A stretch of DNA of 36,733 nucleotides from an uncultured Prevotellaceae bacterium (lineage in GTDB: Bacteria; Bacteroidota; Bacteroidia; Bacteroidales; UBA3663), in assembly GCA_964495625.1 (NCBI GenBank), contig CAZBWT010000004.1:1-36733 (forward strand). The letters are read 5' to 3'. The notes beneath the pieces were generated by a model. It made no database searches and had not been told where the DNA came from. It saw only the letters and a list, made by a program, of their open reading frames with translations. The first letter of the stretch is position 1, and every line of letters begins with the position of its first letter. The translations under genes and the position numbers were made by a program. Shown one piece after another: positions 8,091-16,115 of the stretch.

Positions 8091-9668
8091 ATGAGACGCT
8101 TCTATACCATACTATTTCTTTTGCTAACGACCTACACCTCTTTCGCAATTACACCGATTGAGGTGCGGCAACAAATTGACAAAGCTAACGCGATGAGGTC
8201 GAAAGACAGTCGCAGTTCTGTTCAACCCCTTTATGCAGCCTTTATGACGGCTAATGAACAGGGGTGGAATGGCGAAGGTGCAAGTGCCTTGGCCTACATG
8301 GGATGGGCACTGTATAACATTGGGTACCCCGAGCTGTCGATGCAGGTGTTCAGTTATGCCCAGAACTACTGTCCCGAAGATAGCACCAAGCTGCGCGATC
8401 TAATCACGTTGGGCATGGGGGCATGTTATGCCTCTACGACCGACTTCGTGCAGGGTGAGAAGCATTTGTTGGAAGGGCTGCAACAGAGCCAAGCGGCAGG
8501 CAACAAGCGCGAGGAGATGATGATTTATACCTATTTGGGCAACATCTACTCAAACCTGGCGAAAGAGTCGAAGGCTAAAGAATGCTTCGAAAAGGGGCGC
8601 GACATTGCCCACGCGTTGCGCGACACGCTGTTTGAGAGCGCGCTCTATTGCAACGTGGGTACGCTCGAACCGGACGTGGCAGAGGCGGAGGCGGCTCTCT
8701 TTAGGTCGATTGACTTGAGTCAACAAGCGGGCGACAAGACCACGGAGTGTTATGCGTATGTGAATTTGTCGGAGCTGTATTTCAACAATAAGGAGTACAC
8801 CAAGGCGCTGCGCACGTCGGAGCAGATTAACCGCATGATGCCTTATATTAAGAGTAATGACCGGATTATAACCTATTCACACTCGCTGCTCAGCCAGATT
8901 TATGCGGCTCAGAACGACTATGCTTCGGCATATAGTCAGATGTCACAAGCCCTGCACCAGCAGCAGATTGACGAGAGTAGTATTGAGCAGGAACGCATCA
9001 AATATAGCCAGATGGTGACCGAGATTGTGAAGCTGTGTGAGAAGGGGAACCTGCAACGCCTGCGTCAGGAGACATCACACACGCTGCTCATCTTGATGGT
9101 TGTGATGGCGGCGATTATGATAGTGGCGGTGGTGCTTTATGTAATGTATCGCAAGTCGCGCAAGCAACAAAAGCAGTTGGCACTGCAAAACCGCAAGATA
9201 CTCCAGCTGCAAGAGACTTCGTCGGAACACATCTCGGTGATACACGATACGCGCCGCACAATGAACTATTTTTATGGTTTCTATCGCGGCAGGCAGTCGC
9301 TGCTCGAAAAGTTGTCTGCCATGGTGAAGGAGGGCTACAAGATGACCGAGTCGCAACTGCCGGCTCATCTGCGCATGCTCAACAACACCATCACTCAGAG
9401 CTTGGCTAAAGACAAGGAGCCGGACTTTGTGGCGCAGCTCCATGCCGAGAACGAGGAGTTTGTGAAGCGTTTGTTGGCTCGATATCCGGACCTTTCGAAG
9501 ACCGATATTCAGCTCGCAGTCTTTTATCGCTTGGGCATGTCAACGCGCGAGATTTCTCGCTTGTCGGGCAAACTTACCGCCACTGTGACGACGGCTCGCT
9601 ATAGGTTAAGAACGTCGCTCGGAATAGCCGAAGATGTAGATTTGACAGAGTTTTTCGAGTCGATTTGA
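8091..9668 (+). CDS. Membrane-anchored TPR-repeat / LuxR-type HTH transcriptional regulator
   Basis: Signal peptide MRRFYTILFLLL...SFA, TPR-like helices (YLGNIYS, AYVNLSELY), TM helix LLILMVVMAAIMIVAVVLYV, and C-terminal PDLSKTD...GMSTREIS...VTTARYRLRTSLG. Start moved to the ATG downstream of the promoter. Confidence 0.85.
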   Translation: MRRFYTILFLLLTTYTSFAITPIEVRQQIDKANAMRSKDSRSSVQPLYAAFMTANEQGWNGEGASALAYMGWALYNIGYPELSMQVFSYAQNYCPEDSTKLRDLITLGMGACYASTTDFVQGEKHLLEGLQQSQAAGNKREEMMIYTYLGNIYSNLAKESKAKECFEKGRDIAHALRDTLFESALYCNVGTLEPDVAEAEAALFRSIDLSQQAGDKTTECYAYVNLSELYFNNKEYTKALRTSEQINRMMPYIKSNDRIITYSHSLLSQIYAAQNDYASAYSQMSQALHQQQIDESSIEQERIKYSQMVTEIVKLCEKGNLQRLRQETSHTLLILMVVMAAIMIVAVVLYVMYRKSRKQQKQLALQNRKILQLQETSSEHISVIHDTRRTMNYFYGFYRGRQSLLEKLSAMVKEGYKMTESQLPAHLRMLNNTITQSLAKDKEPDFVAQLHAENEEFVKRLLARYPDLSKTDIQLAVFYRLGMSTREISRLSGKLTATVTTARYRLRTSLGIAEDVDLTEFFESI

Positions 9669-9872
9669 GTCGATTTGTGCCAGAAGCGGAATGTAAGCAC
9701 TTTTATTATATTAATATTCATATTATCAGCAGGTTAGTTTTTTAGATGTAAACCATAAAATCGGAATTTTCTGATTGTGTAAACCTCTTTTAAAGAAGGA
9801 ATGATTGGCAGCAAAGTGGCAGTTCGATATCTTAGCGGCGCAAATGTCATTTTTATTTAAAATTAAGGTTGC

Positions 9873-12800
9873 ATGAAAAAACTGTTACTACTGTTAGCGG
9901 CTTCACTCATTACCCCGGCGACGGTGTCAACCGTCTCGGCAAACGACAAGCCGACAAAGGTTCCGAAGTTCACAGAGGTACCAAACAAGAAAGCACTGCA
10001 GCGCTGGTTGGCTAAAACGCCTTCACGCGCAAGTATGAATGTTGACGCGCTGCGTCAAGCCGCTGCCGATCCGCTGAAAAAGCTTCAGATGGCAAGCGCC
10101 AATGCCACAGTGAAAGCACAAGACTTCAAGTGTGCGTTGTTGAATCGCTCTACGTGGGACGAAGACTATCCGCCCTACGGTGCTTATTCGTTCTCGACAG
10201 CTGACTTGTCGAGCTTCTCTCGCCTGTACGTAAACATGGATGCTCCGGCAAACGCAGGCGGTTTCTTTACCGAAGACAAGTATTATTTCACCAGCTATGT
10301 CACCGACGATTGGGGGTGGGATTATTCGGTAACTACCTATATTATTAATACAACAACTTGGAAGAAGGAAGCAACCGTTGATCAGGGTTCTATGTATGCC
10401 ATGGCTTACGACTTGGCTTACGACCCGATTGAGAAGGTGGCTTATGGTTCTTTCTATGACGGCTCGGAAGATGGTTCTTCATGGGGCTATATGGACCTCG
10501 ACGGTGAGGTTCACCAGGTGGCAGACCTCGAAGACGACGTGCTCGTGGCTGTAGCTGCTACCAAGTTAGGTCAGATTTATGCCATCACTGACGAGGGTTT
10601 CCTGGTAACTGTGGATAAGACTACCGGTAAGTTGACTCAGATTGGTTATACCCGCTTGACACCTTCGACCAGTGTGCGTCAGTCGGCAGCGTTCGCTTCT
10701 GACGGCACGCTCTATTGGGCTGTGGGACAAGACTCTGGTACGGGTCTCGTAACAGTGAATACCGAGACGGGTGAGGCTTCGTTGGTTGGCGAGTTCGAGA
10801 ATTACGAAATCGTTGCCGCCCTCTATGCCGAGTTGGCTGCTGCCGACGAAGGTGCTCCGAGCGAAGCAACCGACTTGGTGCTTAACTTTGTGAATGATGC
10901 GTTGACCGGCGAGGTTTCGTTTGGTGTGCCCACTCAGAATAATTTGGGTGAAACTATCACGGGCAACGTTACATATATTATTAGTGTGGACGGCACAGAT
11001 GTCGTGTCGGGTCAGGCTGCTGCCGGTGAGACCGCTTCAGCACAGATCACCGTGGACAATGCCGGTAATCACATCGTTGCCGTGCGCTTGCAAAACGAGA
11101 ACGGCGACAGCCAGGCTTTAGCTCAGACTCAGTGGATTGGTATTGACCGCCCCGAGGCTGTGAGCGACCTCGTGCTCGAAAAGACTTCACCGCTGCAGGC
11201 TACCATTTCTTGGTCAGCTCCCGCTAAGGGCGCTCAGGGTGGCTATTTCGACGTTGCACGCGTTCGCTATGACGTGGTGCGTATGCCCGAAGGCAAGGTC
11301 GTGGCTGAGAAGATTGCCGACACGACGTTTGTCGATAACTTGGAGTCGGACGGTAAGGTTTACTTGACTTATAAGGTGATTCCTTTTGCTGACGACGCTG
11401 AAGGCATAGCTGCCGTGTCGAACGGTATCATTTTTGGCAACTCACTGAACGTGCCCGTTTCATTCTCCTTCAAGGAGGAAGCTACTTTCAACATCTTCAC
11501 CGTGGTGGACAACAATCAGAATGCTGACGAAAGCGACGGTAAGTGGATGTTCTCAAGCGGTTTGGTGGCCTATAGCTGTGGCACACGCGACGGCGACGAC
11601 TGGCTCATTACGCCTGAAATCAACTTGAAGGCCGACCGCCAGTATATCTTTAGCTATCAGACTTTGTGCTATAGCAACAATTGGCCTGATAAGTATGAGG
11701 TCTATATGGGCAAAGAGGCTACGGCAGAGGCAATGACCGTGCAGCTCGTGGCTCCCACGGAACTCTATTGGGAAGATTATCGCACCACAATAGTAGTTGT
11801 CACCGTGCCTGAAGACGGCACTTATAACTTCGGTTTCCATGCCCTTTCGGAGGCAGGCGGTGCTTTCTTTGTGATCGACGACATTGCTGTGACAGAGGGC
11901 TTGATGTTGAAGGCTCCCGACCCGGTAGAGAATTTGAAGGTGGAAGCCGATGCCCAGGGTGCACTCTCAGCCAAGGTTTCGTTTACAACTCCGTCAAAGG
12001 CTGTCGATGGCAGCGATTTGACTGCTCTCTCATTTATCAAGATATATCGCGGTGCTGAGGTTGTGAAGGAATTCACGGCTCCCGCCATTGGCACCGAACT
12101 CTCATTTGAAGAGAGCGGCTTGGAAGAAAGCGCATACACTACTTATAAGGTAGTAGCTGCCACTGAGGCAGGTGTAAGTGCCGCTGCAGCAGACTCTGCT
12201 TGGGTGGGCGAAGATATGCCGTCGGAGCCCGTGGTACACATGTCGGTTGCCAACGGTCACCCCGTGCTCACATGGGATGCACCCTCAGGTCGCGGTCAGC
12301 ATGGTGGCTACTTCGACAACACAGCTGTGTCTTATCGCGTATATAGCGTGGCTGCCAACGAGATCATTACTGATGGTTTGTTGACCACCAATACCTTCAC
12401 CGACGAAAGCCGCACGCTTAGCGACGAAGGCGACCAGGCGCTCTATGAATATGGTGTCTATGCCGTTAATGAGGTGGGTTATAGCTATCCCGGTTCGGCA
12501 ATCGTGCTCGACGGTGCTAAATATGAATTGCCCTTCAAGGAGTCGTTCGCTAACGGCTCAAGCGACAAGTTGACTTTGATCAACACAACCGGCGACGCTT
12601 CTACCGGCTACGATAAGTGGGGTCTCGACGACGACTATAACACATCTTCACAAGATGGCGACGGCGGCAGCATCATGATTATGCCTGCAACAGTGGGTGT
12701 TCAATCTAATATCCAGATGGGTAAGATTGACATGACCGAGGCTAAGAACTCTACGCTTACGTTCTATGTGAAGCGTATGAATTATGACACCGATTATCTG

Positions 12801-14303
12801 GAGACAAACCCCGAAGATGATCATCTCGATGTCTATATCGGCGATGAGAACTATGAGACGACGCTCGTAAAGAGCATCCGTCCCTGCGATTTGAATGGCA
12901 ATTCTCAATATGAGAAGTTTACGGTTTCGTTGGCTCCGTATGAGGGTCAGAACTTCATCTTCTTGCAGTTTAAGATGGTGGCTGATGCCGCTTATTATGC
13001 AGTAGTGCTCGACAACATCCAGGTTCGTTCTAATTACAATGTAAACCTTCAGGCTACCGAGTTTAGCGTGCCCGCATCGGTTGACGTGACTCGCGACTTC
13101 GAGGCTGCCGTAACGGTGAAGAACGATGCTACAGAGGCTGCCAACGGTTATACCGTAGCTATCAAGCTTGGCAATGAAGTGATTGCTTCTCAGACCGAGA
13201 CTGAGGCTTTGGAATCTGAGGCTTCTCGCACTTATACCTTCTCGTTGAATGCACTCGCTACTTGGGCTGACACCGTGAAGTTTGTCGCTGAGGTATCAAT
13301 CGACAACGATGAGGTTGCCGAAGACAACACGCTCGAGGCTGAGTTGAAGATTGAGCGTCCGGAGGTGGACGGTGCAACCAACTTGACCGTAGAACTTACG
13401 GGTGCTGATGCCACATTCGCTTGGACTGCTCCCACCGTGGCTGCAGTCGATCGTGTCACTGAAAGCTTCGAATCGTACACGCACGGTGCACGCAAGGACT
13501 TCGGCGAGTGGAAGGTAATCGACGAAGACGGTGCTTATGGCTGCAACGCAGACGTAGATATTCCCGGTTACTTCAGCTCACGTGCCTTTACAGTAATCAA
13601 CTCTGTAGATGTAGATGCCGATGGCTATGAGGCTAAGAGCGGCAACCAGTTGGTAGCTGCATTCTCTAACTGGGATAACGAGAACGACGACTGGTTGGTA
13701 TCTCCGAAGTTGAGCGGCGAGGCTCAGACCGTCTCCTTCTGGGCTCGTAGCACCAAGGCAAGCACAGACAAGATCTACTTCTATTATTCAACCAACGGCA
13801 CTGAGACAGACGACTTCTTGGGCTCTCCTGCTTTGGATGAACGTAAGATCATCTTGACGACAACTTGGAAGCAGTACACATTTGAATTGCCCGCAGGTGC
13901 TAAGTATTTCGCCATCCGCTACTTGACCGACTACGGCGAGGTTGCATTGATCGATGATATCGAGTTCGACAAGGCTGCAACTTACAACGTTAAGCCTGTC
14001 ATCGAGGGTTATAACCTCTACCTCGACGGCGAGAAGGTGAACGACGAATTGATTAGCGACACAACTTACACGGCGCTCAACGTACAGAGCGGTAAGTATT
14101 ATGTGACGGTAGTCTATAACGTAGGTGAGACAGCTGCTTCAAATGAAGTGACTGTAGAGACTTCGCTCACCGGCATTGAGAGCATCAAGAATGATGCTGC
14201 CGCAGAGCGTATCTACGACATCTATGGTCGCAACGTAAACAAGACGCAGAACGGAAAACTCTATCTGCGCAATGGTGAGAAGTTTATTTATCAGCAAAGG
14301 TAA
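9873..14303 (+). CDS. Large T9SS-secreted surface protein: propeller-like N-terminus, FN3-like modules, two cleaved-adhesin / choice-of-anchor-J-like domains, CARDB-like domain
   Basis: Signal peptide; DGDDWLITP and ENDDWLVSP motifs; duplicated W.AP..G..GGYFD; DEVAEDNT; C-terminal TGIESI...IYDIYGR...GKLYLRNGEKF typical of Prevotella-type CTDs. Confidence 0.8.
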   Translation: MKKLLLLLAASLITPATVSTVSANDKPTKVPKFTEVPNKKALQRWLAKTPSRASMNVDALRQAAADPLKKLQMASANATVKAQDFKCALLNRSTWDEDYPPYGAYSFSTADLSSFSRLYVNMDAPANAGGFFTEDKYYFTSYVTDDWGWDYSVTTYIINTTTWKKEATVDQGSMYAMAYDLAYDPIEKVAYGSFYDGSEDGSSWGYMDLDGEVHQVADLEDDVLVAVAATKLGQIYAITDEGFLVTVDKTTGKLTQIGYTRLTPSTSVRQSAAFASDGTLYWAVGQDSGTGLVTVNTETGEASLVGEFENYEIVAALYAELAAADEGAPSEATDLVLNFVNDALTGEVSFGVPTQNNLGETITGNVTYIISVDGTDVVSGQAAAGETASAQITVDNAGNHIVAVRLQNENGDSQALAQTQWIGIDRPEAVSDLVLEKTSPLQATISWSAPAKGAQGGYFDVARVRYDVVRMPEGKVVAEKIADTTFVDNLESDGKVYLTYKVIPFADDAEGIAAVSNGIIFGNSLNVPVSFSFKEEATFNIFTVVDNNQNADESDGKWMFSSGLVAYSCGTRDGDDWLITPEINLKADRQYIFSYQTLCYSNNWPDKYEVYMGKEATAEAMTVQLVAPTELYWEDYRTTIVVVTVPEDGTYNFGFHALSEAGGAFFVIDDIAVTEGLMLKAPDPVENLKVEADAQGALSAKVSFTTPSKAVDGSDLTALSFIKIYRGAEVVKEFTAPAIGTELSFEESGLEESAYTTYKVVAATEAGVSAAAADSAWVGEDMPSEPVVHMSVANGHPVLTWDAPSGRGQHGGYFDNTAVSYRVYSVAANEIITDGLLTTNTFTDESRTLSDEGDQALYEYGVYAVNEVGYSYPGSAIVLDGAKYELPFKESFANGSSDKLTLINTTGDASTGYDKWGLDDDYNTSSQDGDGGSIMIMPATVGVQSNIQMGKIDMTEAKNSTLTFYVKRMNYDTDYLETNPEDDHLDVYIGDENYETTLVKSIRPCDLNGNSQYEKFTVSLAPYEGQNFIFLQFKMVADAAYYAVVLDNIQVRSNYNVNLQATEFSVPASVDVTRDFEAAVTVKNDATEAANGYTVAIKLGNEVIASQTETEALESEASRTYTFSLNALATWADTVKFVAEVSIDNDEVAEDNTLEAELKIERPEVDGATNLTVELTGADATFAWTAPTVAAVDRVTESFESYTHGARKDFGEWKVIDEDGAYGCNADVDIPGYFSSRAFTVINSVDVDADGYEAKSGNQLVAAFSNWDNENDDWLVSPKLSGEAQTVSFWARSTKASTDKIYFYYSTNGTETDDFLGSPALDERKIILTTTWKQYTFELPAGAKYFAIRYLTDYGEVALIDDIEFDKAATYNVKPVIEGYNLYLDGEKVNDELISDTTYTALNVQSGKYYVTVVYNVGETAASNEVTVETSLTGIESIKNDAAAERIYDIYGRNVNKTQNGKLYLRNGEKFIYQQR

Positions 14304-14326
14304 TAGAGCATAATTGATTATTGAGT

Positions 14327-14369
14327 GAAGGGGCGAGCCTGTGATAGGTTCGCCCCTTCTGTTGTCTTA
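14327..14369 (+). terminator. Intrinsic terminator after the T9SS protein gene
   Basis: GAAGGGGCGAGCCT-GTGAT-AGGTTCGCCCCTTC followed by a T-rich tail. Confidence 0.75.
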
Positions 14370-14725
14370 TTACAGCCTGGGCAGATGCCGACATTTCAAC
14401 ACCGATTGCCGCAAGAATGCCAACCCAACGGCGTGGTGTTATGGTCGCATCGTGACACGGCTGCATAATTGCGGTTTTTATGGGGCATTATTATGCAAAT
14501 AAGAGCTGTGTCAACGGAGCATGTATCGCTCTGATATTGAGCAAATAATTTGATTTGACACAAAATGTAGTAAAAAGAAAGCGTTTTTAAAGAAAATGTT
14601 GACAAAACAATCAAAAAGCATCATTTGTGAGATAAAAAGCAAGCAAAAGCAACGAAAATAAAGAAAAATTACAGCCAAATGCGAAAATTTCTTCGTTTTT
14701 TCTTGGAGGCGCTTATATGATGCTA

Positions 14726-14733
14726 TATATTTG
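14726..14733 (+). promoter_or_regulatory. -7 promoter element of the nitrogen cluster
   Basis: TATATTTG, embedded in the palindrome GATGC-N9-GCATC. Confidence 0.65.
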
Positions 14734-14884
14734 CATCGTAAAACAAATAACAAACTAATTAAACTAATCAAAACAAACGAAAAACAAACTGAAAGGATAA
14801 ATCGAAAGCATAAAACGAAAGTCGAATTATTCATAAGTGTAAAATCCAACCAAACTGCAACTAAAACTAAAAATCGAGAGTATT

Positions 14885-15583
14885 ATGGAAAAGGTATTAA
14901 AAGGTACATTGATTGTGTGTTTAGGGTGCTCGACCTTTGTTCCCGCGTTAGCCGGTGACGGTGTGACGCCGGAACTTGGGGTCGACATCGTTAGTTCTTA
15001 CATTTGGCGCGGCACCGACTGTGGGGGCTTTAGTGTTCAACCGCGTGCCGCATTCAGCTATAAGGGTTTCGAACTCGGCGCATGGGCTTCAGCCGAACTC
15101 TTCCAGAATGATGAGACTGCCAACGTCAAAGAGTTCGACCTTGACTTCTCTTACACCGTGGGCAACTTCAGCATTGGTGTGACCGACTATTATTTCTGCG
15201 ACGGTCGCTACCTGGCAGACTGGAGCTTCAACGCTTCATCAGCTCACCGCCTGGAAGCAAACCTCGGTTACGACTTCGGTCCGGTGGCTCTGTCATGGAA
15301 CACTTTGCTGACCGGTGCCGACCATCAAGCCGACGGCGACCGCATCTACTCTTCGTACGTAGAGGTTTCAGCCCCTTTCACCTGGAAGGAATTGAACGGC
15401 TCAGTTGCCGTGGGTGCATCACCCTGGGAAGACACCTTCACAGCCGAGGGCAACCACAAGTTTAACGTGGTGAACTGCTCTCTGACGCTGAACAAGGAGA
15501 TTAAGAAGGTGCCGCTGATGGGACAGATTGTTTATAACCCGAAGAGTGAAGCCACTTATTTCGTAGTGGGTGTTTCATTCTAA
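14885..15583 (+). CDS. Putative outer-membrane beta-barrel (TorF/Gcw_chp-like) protein
   Basis: Signal peptide, D..SSYIWRG and TDYY motifs, alternating beta-strand pattern, terminal YFVVGVSF; lies just upstream of P-II/amtB. Confidence 0.7.
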   Translation: MEKVLKGTLIVCLGCSTFVPALAGDGVTPELGVDIVSSYIWRGTDCGGFSVQPRAAFSYKGFELGAWASAELFQNDETANVKEFDLDFSYTVGNFSIGVTDYYFCDGRYLADWSFNASSAHRLEANLGYDFGPVALSWNTLLTGADHQADGDRIYSSYVEVSAPFTWKELNGSVAVGASPWEDTFTAEGNHKFNVVNCSLTLNKEIKKVPLMGQIVYNPKSEATYFVVGVSF

Positions 15584-15648
15584 AGCAGAAACACACGTCA
15601 CAAGATCATCACTTTCCGATATTTAAATACTACAAAAAATAGCTCGTT

Positions 15649-15996
15649 ATGAAAAGGATTGATGCAATCATCAGAAAGACCAAGTTTGAAGAGGTCAAGG
15701 ATGCCATCATGGCAGCCGACATTAACTGGTTTGAATATTCAGATGTCAAGGGTATCGGTCAGTCGCGACAGGAGCGCATCTATCGTGGTGTCATGTATAG
15801 CACCGATATGATAGAGCGCGTGCGCATCTCGATAGTTTGTCGCGACATGTTTGTCGACCCGACAGTGAAGGCAATTATGAGTGCCGCACACACGGGCGAG
15901 ATTGGCGACGGTCGTATCTTCGTAAGTCCGGTGGAAGAGTGCTACTCTATCCGCACCGGCGAGAGCGGCGACACGGTGCTGCGTGACAAGAAGTAA
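15649..15996 (+). CDS. glnB: P-II nitrogen regulatory protein (GlnB/GlnK)
   Basis: MKRIDAIIR, VKGIGQ, T-loop YRGVMY, HTGEIGDGRIFV and IRTGESG. Confidence 0.95.
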   Translation: MKRIDAIIRKTKFEEVKDAIMAADINWFEYSDVKGIGQSRQERIYRGVMYSTDMIERVRISIVCRDMFVDPTVKAIMSAAHTGEIGDGRIFVSPVEECYSIRTGESGDTVLRDKK

Positions 15997-16115
15997 TTAT
16001 TAGGTAAGAACTACAAGGATTAATTCTACTACTAATATTTCAGCGTCGCGTCATTCTGTAACTTTTGCGGCAGAATAATGCCGCCGATTTCTAACAATTA
16101 AACAAAGAGTGTATT

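Noticed and set aside
14553-14580. dif site call (also 21218-21245)
   Set aside because: Only one arm resembles a XerD site. The XerC arm or the 6-nt spacer does not fit, so it is kept only as a lead.
14396-14958. ORFs 14396-14614, 14511-14849 and 14731-14958 as genes or a leader peptide
   Set aside because: They are low-complexity products of AT-rich promoter DNA. The plus-strand one starts at a TTG inside the -7 box.
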